Shown here one piece after another: positions 1-8,894 of a stretch of 50,198 bases of DNA. The position numbers and the translations under genes are program-made. Under the pieces are notes generated by a model. The model had not been told where the DNA came from and did no database searches. It saw nothing but the letters and a program-made list of their open reading frames with translations. Origin of the DNA: an uncultured Chthoniobacter sp. Its GTDB lineage: Bacteria; Verrucomicrobiota; Verrucomicrobiia; Chthoniobacterales; JACTMZ01. Every line of letters starts with the position of its first letter. The first letter of the stretch is position 1. The DNA is taken from contig CAZJGQ010000002.1 in NCBI GenBank assembly GCA_964545425.1, forward strand, positions 1 to 50,198. The letters run 5' to 3'.

Positions 1-173
1 TTCTTCTAGGACTCGCTCGGCTTGAGGCCGATTGGGACCTTATGCCTTTTCCTAATCTTCGCGAGTTGCCTGCTGTGCGGCGCAGGCTCGAAAATCTCTC
101 GAATAAGCGAAAAAGAAATCTCGATAAGTTTCGATTAGAGTATTCCGAATTGGCCAAGCGCTTCAGCGCTTAA
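1..173 (+). CDS. 3' end of an unidentified CDS entering from upstream of the window (partial)
   Basis: The frame starting at nt 3 is open from the window edge to TAA at 171-173 (..LENLSNKRKRNLDKFRLEYSELAKRFSA*). No domain recognised. Confidence 0.3.
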   Translation, partial: LLGLARLEADWDLMPFPNLRELPAVRRRLENLSNKRKRNLDKFRLEYSELAKRFSA

Positions 174-458
174 AGTCAGGTCAATAGCCGGGGTTGTAGT
201 GTTCCCTCGCGTGCGCGCGTACGCGTGATCCCGCGCGCGCCGGCGCGTCTTGATATATGGACACGATTCATCCGCCCACCGGTTCTCGCCACTCGTTTGC
301 CTGTGGGCCGTCTCGCCAAGTCTCGGTTCGCTCCGCTCGGCTGTGGCTAAATGTCTGACTGTTGCCTGCCCGGTTGTTTGGCGGACTACCGCGATTGCCC
401 GGGGTCGCCGGGCATGAGCACTCCTCCCAGTCCGTTCGGCGCAGCCGACCGGACTCTT

Positions 459-574
459 ATCCGTGTTTATCCGCGTCAATCGGTGGCTAAGATTTCCGGC
501 CTGCCTTTTTCCGTCTGCAAAACCGCCTCAACGAACTCGGTCAAAACCTCGCCATCGAAATCCGCGAATGGTGA
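459..574 (+). repeat. Copy 1 of a ~120-bp imperfect direct repeat (ATCCGTGTTTATCCGCG..GAATGGTGA)
   Basis: Aligns by eye over its full length with 948-1069. Shared blocks: CTGCCTTTTTCC, TCTGCAAAACCGC, AACGAACTCGG, CAAAACCTCGCCATCGA, GAATGGTGA. Confidence 0.85.
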
Positions 575-632
575 ACATCGCGAAACTCATTAGTTCTTTC
601 GGAATAAGGACTGGCCGCTTATCAAGACACGA

Positions 633-881
633 GTGAAATTTCCTCTCTACAGCAGAGTTGCTCTGGCGGTTGATCTGCCGGGTGCCGGTTTGCGCCGCGG
701 CGACGTGGCGACCACGGTGGAGTATTACGAAGGAGACGGGTCGGAAAACGGCTACGATTTGGAAGTTTTCAACGCGCTCGGCCACACCGTGGCCGTGGTC
801 AACGTCCTCGAGTCTCAACTCGAAGCCCTTCGCGACGACGAATTGCTTACCGTCCGCCAGCACGAGCTAACCGCCGCCTAG
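633..881 (+). CDS. DUF4926-like small protein
   Basis: 82 aa with a GTG start. The pattern KFPLYSRVALAVDLPGAGLRRGDVATTVEYY..YDLEVFNALGHTVAVVNV matches the typical DUF4926 layout. Confidence 0.65.
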   Translation: MKFPLYSRVALAVDLPGAGLRRGDVATTVEYYEGDGSENGYDLEVFNALGHTVAVVNVLESQLEALRDDELLTVRQHELTAA

Positions 882-947
882 GCGGCCCATCTCCTCCGGA
901 ACGCTTATTTTTAGCCGAGGTCCTCGGCGAAAAATGAATCTTTGTCC

Positions 948-1069
948 ATCCGTGTCTATCCGCGTTTATCCGTGGCTCAATGTTGGGCCTTGGCCTGCCT
1001 TTTTCCTGTCTGCAAAACCGCTTGAACGAACTCGGCCAAAACCTCGCCATCGAGATTCGTGAATGGTGA
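948..1069 (+). repeat. Copy 2 of the ~120-bp imperfect direct repeat
   Basis: See 459-574. The two copies bracket the DUF4926-like ORF. Confidence 0.85.
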
Positions 1070-1100
1070 CCCTGTAGTCCTTTGGTCTTTTGGTCCTTTT

Positions 1101-1136
1101 GGTCGCAGTGGCGACCTGTCTCGCTTTGCTCGGCTG
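1101..1136 (+). repeat. REP-like hairpin element GGTCGCAGTGGCGACCTGTCTCG..CTCGGCTG
   Basis: The 23-mer matches 47557-47579 at 20 of 23 positions, and the same downstream CTCGGCTG is present. Stem GTCGC/GCGAC. A weaker relative lies at 300-345. Confidence 0.7.
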
Positions 1137-1253
1137 TCTGCCCGCTGCGGCGGGCTCATGCGATCGAAATCCGGGAGTGGTGATTGAGCGTTCGGTGTCC
1201 GCCGGCTTCCTGCGCTCGACTAACGTCGCGCGCGCTGTCACAAAATTCGTCGC

Positions 1254-2132
1254 GTGAATGCAGGGAACTTTTTTATCGCTACTGTCTTTGCAGTCGGCGC
1301 ACTTGTTCTCTTGTTTGCGTTGCTGAGTTTTCGGCAATGGCGCGGCAGCCGCAACAACAAGCTGCCTCTGACGAAGCGCTATTTGCGTCCGCCCGGTGAG
1401 TCTTTGCGTCTCAAGCTCGAGAAGTCTGACGAAACGATTTCCGAAACGCTGTTCTGGCTGGTTGGAGCAGCGGCCTTACTAGGTCTTGGGGTTTATGCGT
1501 TTCTTACCGACTCTTCATTGATTGGTGGAGTAATTGTGGCGGTCGCGGTCAGTGCGTTGATCTACGTAGCACTGCGCTTCGAGAAAGAAGCCAAGCTCCG
1601 CCGCGATTGTTACCTCGGATTTCTCGGAGAGCGCGCTGTTGGCGAAGAGCTCAATCAACTCATGGCTGACGGCTGGTCTGTTTTCCATGACGTGCCGTTT
1701 CACGACAACCCGAATGCCAAACCCTTCAACGTCGACCATGTCGTTGTGGGATCCGGAGGGTTGTTCGCCATCGAGACGAAGACGCGGCGCAAAAAGAAAG
1801 AGGCCGATGGTCATAAGGTCAGCTTCAACGGACAGACACTGGATTATCCGTGGGGTTCTGAAGACTGGGGTGTGAATCAGGCTCAGCAGCGCGCCAATCA
1901 CCTCGGCCAATGGCTTTCGAAAAAGCTCCAGACCGATATAGCGGCGTCACCCGTTCTCGTTCTGCCCGGCTGGTTTGTCCACCGGACGGGAAAGAGCGAC
2001 GTGCGGGTTATCAACGAGGGCGAAATTCCCACCCTTTTCCGCGACGAGCACAAAGCCGCCTGCATGAGGACCGAGACAGTCGTCGCCGTTCGAGCCTTGC
2101 TCGATGAGCGCTGCCGTGACGTCGGCGCGTGA
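1254..2132 (+). CDS. Membrane-anchored NERD (nuclease-related) domain protein
   Basis: 292 aa. Two hydrophobic N-terminal segments, then GFLGERAVGEELNQLMADGWSVFHDVPF..NVDHVVVGSGGLFAIETKTRRKK, typical of NERD. Confidence 0.8.
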   Translation: MNAGNFFIATVFAVGALVLLFALLSFRQWRGSRNNKLPLTKRYLRPPGESLRLKLEKSDETISETLFWLVGAAALLGLGVYAFLTDSSLIGGVIVAVAVSALIYVALRFEKEAKLRRDCYLGFLGERAVGEELNQLMADGWSVFHDVPFHDNPNAKPFNVDHVVVGSGGLFAIETKTRRKKKEADGHKVSFNGQTLDYPWGSEDWGVNQAQQRANHLGQWLSKKLQTDIAASPVLVLPGWFVHRTGKSDVRVINEGEIPTLFRDEHKAACMRTETVVAVRALLDERCRDVGA

Positions 2133-2282
2133 GTTAGGTCTGCGTCCCGTTGCAGACGGAAGTCTGCACCCGAACCAAGGGGTGAGGTCATCAGGGCTCG
2201 GTTGATACCCGGTTCGCCGGTTACACGCTCAGACGTCCGAGTCCATTGTGGCAGCCGGCAATCCGCTTTGCTGCGTGTTCCA

Positions 2283-2341
2283 ATACACGTGTATCACATT
2301 GTATTGTATTACATTGTAATGCAAGTAACTGTATTACAATG
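2283..2341. promoter_or_regulatory. AT-rich cluster of dyad and direct repeats upstream of the ORF at 2395
   Basis: Perfect palindrome ATACACGTGTAT (2283-2294). TGTATTACA occurs twice (2305-2313, 2330-2338). Inverted repeat CATTGTAAT (2312-2320) / ATTACAATG (2333-2341). TACAAT lies 54 nt before the ATG. Confidence 0.5.
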
Positions 2342-2394
2342 CTTTACAAAAAAAATCTCTTGCCAAAACCGGCACCTCTTGATCTACTTCATTC

Positions 2395-2766
2395 ATGTTC
2401 ACCAAACATGATAACAGCAGTGGTTCCCAAATCAAAACTTGGGCAGCCGGGCACTACAACCTCGATGACCTGGAGTCTGACGAGCTCGAGACCATATGCG
2501 ACTACGCTATCAAGCATCGTTCCAAATCGAAAGCTCGCGCCCGCAAGCCGCGCTCGGGTTCTGCTCCGAACCCCTGGGCTTCCAGCCGGGAAAAGAGCAA
2601 GGTGGAATATCCCACGCTTGTCGCCGCATTGGCCGCGCGGTCGCGTCTGGCCCGCAAGCGTGGCGAACGCTTCAGACACCTTCGCCCCTACCGGGTCGGT
2701 TCTTCATGGCTGCTCACGAAAATGACCAAGGGCCAGGTCCGCAACTTCCGAGTCTGCCCCCGCTGA
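2395..2766 (+). CDS. hypothetical protein
   Basis: 123-aa ORF with an ATG start directly downstream of the AT-rich dyad cluster. Composition is plausible; no motif recognised. Confidence 0.45.
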   Translation: MFTKHDNSSGSQIKTWAAGHYNLDDLESDELETICDYAIKHRSKSKARARKPRSGSAPNPWASSREKSKVEYPTLVAALAARSRLARKRGERFRHLRPYRVGSSWLLTKMTKGQVRNFRVCPR

Positions 2767-2775
2767 TCCCTATTT

Positions 2776-3240
2776 ATGAAAACACACACCACCATCAAAA
2801 ACTGGGCCCGCGACAACAATATCCGTGTCACGCGGTTCAACCAAGATCACACCCTCGACACCCGCTACCGGGATGTCGTTCCCACCGTCCACCTCGAGCT
2901 GACCCTCGACGCGGACAAGAGCGGACGCAGGCCGCAGTTGCGGATCTGGATCCCGCTGGCTAGGCGCACCCCGTTGTTCGTCTTCGGACCGGACGCCGCG
3001 CAACCGGCAGAGGTCGACGTCGAGGCCACCTTCCCGAGCTTCGAGAACGAGGGGCAACTCGTCGCCGCACTCGACAAAGTGCGGTCGGATTTCCTCGCGC
3101 ATTACCGCGCGACCCGATCTTCCGGCCACTCTCGTTTGCGCCAGGGCCGGCTTCGCAAGCCTCGCTGCTCGTCACCGGACACCCGCCGCAACCCGCGCGG
3201 GCAGACTATGACACGCTGTGGTGTGGACGGAGAACGGTAA
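2776..3240 (+). CDS. hypothetical protein
   Basis: 154-aa ORF on the same strand, starting 9 nt after the previous stop. No motif recognised. Confidence 0.45.
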   Translation: MKTHTTIKNWARDNNIRVTRFNQDHTLDTRYRDVVPTVHLELTLDADKSGRRPQLRIWIPLARRTPLFVFGPDAAQPAEVDVEATFPSFENEGQLVAALDKVRSDFLAHYRATRSSGHSRLRQGRLRKPRCSSPDTRRNPRGQTMTRCGVDGER

Positions 3241-3259
3241 TCAGGCTCTTCTGTCAGCC

Positions 3260-3898
3260 ATGAGCAACTTCTCGCCCGCCTTCAACACAGTCGTCGCACA
3301 CTTCGAAAGCGCCAGGATGAACTTCCACACCGACGAAGAGCACAAGGTCGTCTTCTTCACCATCTGCGGCGATGCGGCTGTTTACACCTGCCGCTTGCGC
3401 ATCACCCAAGATGACGACGTCTTGCAGATCGATCTCGCCCTGCCGGTGCTCGCGCGCCAACCCAAAGTCCGCGAGCAAGTCCTCGAGCTGGTCGCCCGCG
3501 CCAACCGCGGTTTGCCCATCGGCCGTTTCGACCTCGACATGTCCGACGGCCAAGTGACCTTCCACATCGGCCACGCCTTCGGATCCTCCGGGCTCCAGGA
3601 TGAAGATGTGGGACGCCTCTTCTCCACAGGCATGGCCACGGTGGATCGATATTTTCCCGCCCTCATGCGCCTCATGTATGGCGGTCACACCCCGGAGGAC
3701 GCCGTTTTCGTTTCTGAGCTTTCCGCCCACAGCGATAAAGTCACCGAGAGCAAACCGTCCGCCTCCGCGAAAAAGCCCGCCGGCCGTCCGCGCAAAATTG
3801 AGCAGCCCCCGAAATCCGATGCACCGGCCCCCGATTTCCCCGCTAATCCGCCTGCCAGTGAGGCGACCGACTCCGCCAAAAGGGAGCGTCCCTCCTGA
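3260..3898 (+). CDS. YbjN-like (T3SS-chaperone-like fold) protein with a Pro/Ala-rich tail
   Basis: The internal ATG at 3260 removes the overlap with the previous ORF. The layout FNTVVAHFESARMNFHTDEEHKVVFFTI..LQIDLALPV..LELVARANRGLPIGRFDLD..GQVTFH fits YbjN. Confidence 0.6.
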   Translation: MSNFSPAFNTVVAHFESARMNFHTDEEHKVVFFTICGDAAVYTCRLRITQDDDVLQIDLALPVLARQPKVREQVLELVARANRGLPIGRFDLDMSDGQVTFHIGHAFGSSGLQDEDVGRLFSTGMATVDRYFPALMRLMYGGHTPEDAVFVSELSAHSDKVTESKPSASAKKPAGRPRKIEQPPKSDAPAPDFPANPPASEATDSAKRERPS

Positions 3899-3955
3899 TG
3901 GAGCGCTTTCCTCCGGGGCGGGATTGGACTTGACAGCAGACAAGCTTAACGTTCT

Positions 3956-4021
3956 AATTGTTGTATTCGAGCGGGATAGAGAACCAGATTTCCGCTCAGT
4001 GACAAAGTAATACAATCAATT
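3956..4021. promoter_or_regulatory. AT-rich inverted repeat ending 2 nt before the ORF at 4024
   Basis: AATTGTTGTATT (3956-3967) pairs with AATACAATCAATT (4009-4021, reverse complement AATTGATTGTATT). It shares the TTGTATT/TACAAT words with the 2283-2341 cluster. Confidence 0.45.
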
Positions 4022-4023
4022 TT

Positions 4024-4596
4024 ATGATTATACCTTCACTGCTCCAAGATTCCCGCATCAGAAGGATTGCAAGAGACCACGGCAGCCTGGGTGCCTCGTT
4101 TTTCGAGCTAGTCGGCGACCCCGCACCAGGAACAGTAACTGAAGTGAGGCCTCTGAGGGCCCAGCTGGAATTGCGCCATCCGGGCGTTAAAGACATTGAA
4201 GTCGTTCGGATCATGCAAAAGTTGGAGGAGCGCGGTTTTGGATCTTTCACCACAGGCCGCAGAGGCAAGCCGAGCCGCTTCGAATGGGGCAGTGCGCTTG
4301 AGAGTTCCTCGGGATCGGACGGCCTTTATTCGCCCGCTCCCAAACGACAGCGCGGCCCTGCATCACTTGGTGTTGATGCCGAGCGCGAACGCTCGCCCGC
4401 CGTTATGGGAAGCCTTCAACATCGACCGCCGTTTCAACGCGTTGCCCAGAATAGTCACCGCGTCATGTTCCGCTTGCGCAAGGATTACCTTGTCGATTTT
4501 GAAGTCCCGATGGATTTTACGGCGGATGAAGCTCAGAGGCTTTGCAGCTTCATCAAGGCCTTGCAGGCATCGGGAGAAACTTCTTTTCTTGTTTGA
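4024..4596 (+). CDS. hypothetical protein (possible N-terminal winged helix)
   Basis: 190 aa. The segment VVRIMQKLEERGFGSFTTGRRGKPSRFEW looks wHTH-like; nothing else recognised. Confidence 0.5.
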   Translation: MIIPSLLQDSRIRRIARDHGSLGASFFELVGDPAPGTVTEVRPLRAQLELRHPGVKDIEVVRIMQKLEERGFGSFTTGRRGKPSRFEWGSALESSSGSDGLYSPAPKRQRGPASLGVDAERERSPAVMGSLQHRPPFQRVAQNSHRVMFRLRKDYLVDFEVPMDFTADEAQRLCSFIKALQASGETSFLV

Positions 4597-4758
4597 AGCA
4601 CGAATGAGCTTACTTGAATACATTGTAAGACAAAAACCAATTTGTGGCCCTTGGATATGTAATTTGGACAGCCAATTAACCCAAAAAATTTTAGCCTACA
4701 GAGAAAACTAGCCTAAGTTTTTTATTGACCTATTCATCATTTCTGCTAACCTTAAGGA

Positions 4759-5136
4759 ATGATGAACAAAGGAAACCTCCTCAAGTTCCCCTCCAACGCA
4801 GGGGAGACCACCCTCAAAACCAAGTCCTTGGCCGCGGAAACCAAGTCCGCTGTGGCCAATGACAAAGCCGCGAGCAAGGCCAAGCCGGAAGGCAGCCCCG
4901 AGTCCGACGACTCCAACCTGTGGTTCAATAATTCGTTCTTCTGGCTCCACGCCACCGCGTGGTTCAGCGATTCAACGGCCGAGCGCCTTCGTCTGAGCCT
5001 CGGCACGAAAGACATCGCAGAGGCTCGTGCGCGCCGCGACCTGATTTTCAGCGTGCTGCGCGACCTCGAGGGATTTGTCGTGTCGCCGTCGGCCAAGAAG
5101 CACGGCCTGACCCGCCATTTCAAACACGCCGCTTGA
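4759..5136 (+). CDS. Small protein with an integrase Arm/DUF4102-like motif (paralog A)
   Basis: NLWFNNSFFWLHATAWF..RLRLSLGTKDIAEARARRD..HFKHAA* parallels the ORFs at 36309 and 47673. Confidence 0.5.
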   Translation: MMNKGNLLKFPSNAGETTLKTKSLAAETKSAVANDKAASKAKPEGSPESDDSNLWFNNSFFWLHATAWFSDSTAERLRLSLGTKDIAEARARRDLIFSVLRDLEGFVVSPSAKKHGLTRHFKHAA

Positions 5137-5158
5137 CGGCACAACCCCGGAGAAAACT

Positions 5159-5482
5159 ATGAAAAAACACCAACATACCTACGCAATCGCCTGCTCTTGG
5201 GCGGACGCCAAGTGCGCATCCACCAACGGCAGCATCAACACCACTGTCAACGCGGCTCATGACGCGGAGGCATTCATCGATCTGGAGACCAAAAAAAATC
5301 CCGTTCTTTCGATCGTGATCCATGCCGCCGATAAAAGCGGTTCTCACATGGTCTGCGCCGACTATGGAAACGGTAAACTCTTGATGGATGTAGCGGCACA
5401 CGACGCCAGCGAACTTCGCTACGCCCTCGATCGTGTCACGGCTCCCTGGTTCACCGGCTCGGACGAGCCGCTTGCCGCCTGA
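5159..5482 (+). CDS. hypothetical protein
   Basis: 107 aa, ATG start, lies in the tightly packed same-strand array. No motif recognised. Confidence 0.45.
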   Translation: MKKHQHTYAIACSWADAKCASTNGSINTTVNAAHDAEAFIDLETKKNPVLSIVIHAADKSGSHMVCADYGNGKLLMDVAAHDASELRYALDRVTAPWFTGSDEPLAA

Positions 5483-5498
5483 TCCGGAGGAAATACCA

Positions 5499-6608
5499 AT
5501 GAACGAAAATATCGTCTGCCCCCAATGCCAAGCCGAGTTTCCCCTCGGCGAAGCCGTCGCCCATCGTCTTCGCGAGCAACTCGCCGCCGACTTCGAAAAG
5601 GAGCGCGCCAAGCTCAAACAAGCCGGCGCCCGCGAAGCCGCGGAGCAACTCTCGGTGCAAATGAAGGATCTTCAGTCGCAAATCGAGGCGCAAAAAAACC
5701 GCCTCAAAGCCGCCGAAGACAACGAACTCGAATTGCGCAAACAAAAGCGCGAGTTGCAGGACGCGAAAGACGCCATGCAGCTCGAGGTCGAACGCAAGCT
5801 TGAAGCCGAGCGCGCCAAGATCGCTGAAAACGCACGCAAGAACGCCGAGGAAAACGAGAAGCTCAAGCTCCTCGATAAAGAAAATAAAATCAAACAACTC
5901 ACCGAGCAGATCGATATCCTGCAAAAGAAAGCCGCGCAAGGCTCCATGCAGGCGCAGGGCGAAACGCTCGAACTTGAACTCGAGCGCGAATTGAAGGCAG
6001 CCTTCATCCACGATGAAATCGTCGAGGTGAAGAAAGGCGAGCGCGGGGCCGACGTTCGTCAGGCAATTCGCACCAACACCGGTGGCGCCTGCGGCGAGAT
6101 CCTCTGGGAAACCAAGCGCGCCAACGCCTGGAGCGCCAAGTGGATCGCCAAGATCAAAGAAGATCAACGCCACGTCAAAGCCGACCTCGCCGTCATTGTC
6201 ACGACGTGCCCGCCCGACGGCTTGCGTGGTTTCGGTGCGCACGAAGGCGTATGGGTCTGCGAGCCCGGCTATGCCGTGGCCCTCGCCGCCGCTTTGCGTC
6301 AGGGAATCGTCAGCACTGCCGCCCAACGCGTGCAACAAGCCAATCGCGCCGACAACATGTCCATGCTCTACGACTACTTGTGCGGCGTGGAATTCCGCCA
6401 GCATATCGAGGCGCTCGTCGAAACCTTCGTCGCCGCCAAGAAACAAATCGAAAGCGAACGTAAAGCCTTCCACAAAGCGTGGGCCGAACGCGAATCGCAA
6501 CTCACCAAAGCGGTCACTCACACGGCCCTCATTTACGGCGGTATCCAAGGCATCGCCGGTCGCGAGGCTCTGCCCGAGATCGACAGCCTTGCCCTCACCG
6601 CCGCCTAG
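5499..6608 (+). CDS. DUF2130-like protein (Zn-ribbon, long coiled coil, C-terminal nuclease-like domain)
   Basis: ATG at 5499 is preceded by GGAGG. N-terminus is MNENIVCPQCQAEF, followed by a K/E-rich coiled coil. C-terminus is GERGADVRQAI..GEILWETKRANAWSAKWIAKIKEDQ. Confidence 0.75.
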   Translation: MNENIVCPQCQAEFPLGEAVAHRLREQLAADFEKERAKLKQAGAREAAEQLSVQMKDLQSQIEAQKNRLKAAEDNELELRKQKRELQDAKDAMQLEVERKLEAERAKIAENARKNAEENEKLKLLDKENKIKQLTEQIDILQKKAAQGSMQAQGETLELELERELKAAFIHDEIVEVKKGERGADVRQAIRTNTGGACGEILWETKRANAWSAKWIAKIKEDQRHVKADLAVIVTTCPPDGLRGFGAHEGVWVCEPGYAVALAAALRQGIVSTAAQRVQQANRADNMSMLYDYLCGVEFRQHIEALVETFVAAKKQIESERKAFHKAWAERESQLTKAVTHTALIYGGIQGIAGREALPEIDSLALTAA

Positions 6609-6622
6609 AAAGAAACGACACC

Positions 6623-7414
6623 ATGGCTAAAAAGAAACTCAACAAAACGGTAGAAATCCTCGACGCGGCCGCCGCTGTTCTCGCGGCCACCGGCACGCCG
6701 ATGCACTACACCGACCTCGCCGCCGCCGTCGGCGAGCACGACAACTCGATCGTCTTCGGGGCCAAACCCGGACTCGAGGTATACACCGCCATCTACAATG
6801 ACATCAAAGCTGCCCCCGCGTCGCGCTTCGCCAAAGCCGGGAGAGGGGAGTTCTTCCTCTCCGGTGTCGAACCTGCCGAGGAAACGACAGCGGATGCGCC
6901 CGGCGTGCCTTCCCACGCTGCCGGTTTCATCCAGGCCTTCGGCATGTATTGGCAGAGGAATCAGGTCGATTGGAAGAACCAGCCTTCGCTGCACGGCAAC
7001 CAGCAACGCGGTGCGCAGAACGTCGACTTCGGCGGACAAAAAGGTGTCTACCTTCTGCACGATGGACGCCACGTCGTCTACGTCGGACGCACCACGGATC
7101 AGACCATGGGCCAACGCCTCTTCCAGCACACCTATGATCGGCTCAACGGCCGCTGGGATCGCTTCTCTTGGTTCGGCGTCTTGCCCGTGAATGAAGACGG
7201 TTCGCTCGGCCAAGCCGCCGGGGCCGGCTTCGGCATCGACGACCTCATCTCGGCCATGGAGGCCCTGCTTATCGAGGCCGTCGAGCCGCCGCAGAATCGT
7301 CGTCGCGGCGACCAGACCGCCGCGGTCGAATACCTCCAGGCCGAGGACCCGGCCTTGAAAAACAAACAAGCCAAAGCCCTTGTCTCCGAGGTTCTGGCCA
7401 AACTAGAAAGATGA
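6623..7414 (+). CDS. HARE-HTH domain protein with a C-terminal GIY-YIG-like nuclease module
   Basis: N-terminus ILDAAAAVLAATGTPMHYTDLAAAV..EVYTAIYNDIK..RFAKAGRGEFFL is HARE-HTH-like. C-terminus GVYLLHDGRHVVYVGRT..RLFQH..EALLIEAVEPPQNRR is GIY-YIG-like. Confidence 0.7.
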   Translation: MAKKKLNKTVEILDAAAAVLAATGTPMHYTDLAAAVGEHDNSIVFGAKPGLEVYTAIYNDIKAAPASRFAKAGRGEFFLSGVEPAEETTADAPGVPSHAAGFIQAFGMYWQRNQVDWKNQPSLHGNQQRGAQNVDFGGQKGVYLLHDGRHVVYVGRTTDQTMGQRLFQHTYDRLNGRWDRFSWFGVLPVNEDGSLGQAAGAGFGIDDLISAMEALLIEAVEPPQNRRRGDQTAAVEYLQAEDPALKNKQAKALVSEVLAKLER

Positions 7415-7421
7415 TTCCCCC

Positions 7422-8639
7422 ATGCCCCTCGACATCCAGCTAGTTCACCCTTTCGACAAGGCGCACGAGCATCATATGTGGGAGTCGCTTTGCGAGTCCA
7501 TGTTTGCCGCTTTCAAAGACCTTCCCGGCAAGGCCCTTCTGCTCGGCAATTTTAACTGCGGCCGCCAGATCGACGCCTGTCTCGTCACGGGTCGCGGTCT
7601 TGCGGTGATCGAACTCAAGAACTACTCCGGCCAGCTTCACGCTCCGCCCAACGAGCGATGGTTCGCGGGCACCAGCCCGGTGCACGCGGGCGGCGCGCTC
7701 AATCCTTTGGAGCAAATGCGCGGTGCCAAACATGCCATCGTCGATCGTTTGCGTCGTCCTTGGTCGTACAAGTTTCCCGACATGCCGCCGCCCAACTGGA
7801 AATACTCGGCCTGCCGCGCGGTATTCAACCCGGGAACCGAATGGGTCGATCTGCTCGATCCCGGCGTGCACCGTTGGTTCAAGATCTCGACCCTCGACGC
7901 CATCGCGTCCGAACTGCGCTCGCTGTCCATCGACACCTTCGACCTGTCCGCGGCCCAGATCGATTTCGTTCGCAAGACCATCCTCTCCATTGCGCCGCGC
8001 CGCATCGTGCACAAAGAGCAGAAAGAAATCATGGCAAACGGATTGCAGGGCATCACCGTCGGCCACCTCACGCTCGGGTCCAAGGTGGCCGTCACCCACG
8101 GCACAGCGGCGAGCATGGACAAACAAAACAAAAATCCCGTCCCTGCCGTCTTCCATGATTACACGGTGGCCGATGAGGATGGCTTCGTGCTTCACCTCAA
8201 AGACATGTGTCTGGAAAACGGTGAGCGCCACATTTTTGCCGGCGACAATTTCAGCGGCGAAAAAAAGTGGGACCGTCTCCAAGAGGGGATGCGTCTCGGT
8301 GTTTACCCTCGCGACGGCGGCGTCCTCACAAGGCTCGCCCTGGCCCGTCCCAATGAAGGAAAGGGCAAGAAGAGCACCCGTGGTCGCTCGGCCACCCGCG
8401 AGCAACTGGACGAGGCGGCGGGTCTCGACGTCTTCCAGACTCTTCTTGATCTGGGCGCCCTCAAGGTGGGCACACGAGCCGAGGTTTACGGAGAGACCAA
8501 CAGAGAACGCAACACGCTTTGCGTTCTCTACCCCACAGACAAACCCGAGATCGGCCTCGTGGCCTACATCCTCACCACCATCTTCCCGCTCATGCAAGAC
8601 GAGGAAGAGGAGTCCGGTGTGCAAACGGCCGCCGCCTGA
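7422..8639 (+). CDS. NERD domain protein
   Basis: 405 aa. LLLGNFNCGRQIDACLVTGRGLAVIELKNYSG..NPLEQMRGAKHAIVDRL. Confidence 0.75.
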   Translation: MPLDIQLVHPFDKAHEHHMWESLCESMFAAFKDLPGKALLLGNFNCGRQIDACLVTGRGLAVIELKNYSGQLHAPPNERWFAGTSPVHAGGALNPLEQMRGAKHAIVDRLRRPWSYKFPDMPPPNWKYSACRAVFNPGTEWVDLLDPGVHRWFKISTLDAIASELRSLSIDTFDLSAAQIDFVRKTILSIAPRRIVHKEQKEIMANGLQGITVGHLTLGSKVAVTHGTAASMDKQNKNPVPAVFHDYTVADEDGFVLHLKDMCLENGERHIFAGDNFSGEKKWDRLQEGMRLGVYPRDGGVLTRLALARPNEGKGKKSTRGRSATREQLDEAAGLDVFQTLLDLGALKVGTRAEVYGETNRERNTLCVLYPTDKPEIGLVAYILTTIFPLMQDEEEESGVQTAAA

Positions 8640-8651
8640 TCCGCCGCACTT

Positions 8652-8894
8652 ATGAACTCCGAAACCAAAGTTATCTTTTCGACCAAAGGCCAGGTCATCA
8701 TCCCGAAGAAAATCCGCACCAAACTCGGGATCGAGGAAGGAACCGAAGCCCTTGTCACCGAGGAGAATGGCCGGATTTGTTTGCAGCCGATCAATGCGGC
8801 CTACATCGCCGGATTGCGCGGCCGGCTTGGCGGTGTCGAACTCGTCGAGACCCTCGAGGCCGAACGCGCCAAGGAAAGGAAACCCGGCGCATGA
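8652..8894 (+). CDS. AbrB/MazE/SpoVT-family antitoxin
   Basis: 80 aa. STKGQVIIPKKIRTKLGIEEGTEALV is a swapped-hairpin motif. The stop overlaps the next ATG (ATGA). Confidence 0.85.
   Translation: MNSETKVIFSTKGQVIIPKKIRTKLGIEEGTEALVTEENGRICLQPINAAYIAGLRGRLGGVELVETLEAERAKERKPGA

Noticed and set aside
135-593. ORFs 135-479 (minus) and 351-593 (plus) at the left end
   Set aside because: They run across REP-like and direct-repeat DNA and translate to Arg/Pro-rich sequence, so they are most likely non-coding.
914-928. Hairpin GCCGAGG-T-CCTCGGC after the DUF4926-like ORF, considered as an intrinsic terminator
   Set aside because: The T-run lies upstream and an A-run downstream on the plus strand. 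It would only terminate minus-strand transcription, where no gene is evident, and the loop is too tight as drawn.
2246-2963. Alternative-frame ORFs 2246-2725 and 2496-2963 overlapping the 2395 and 2776 ORFs
   Set aside because: Their translations are Pro/Arg/Ser-rich and start inside the AT-rich dyad region. The chosen frames have more protein-like composition, although none of the calls here is strong.
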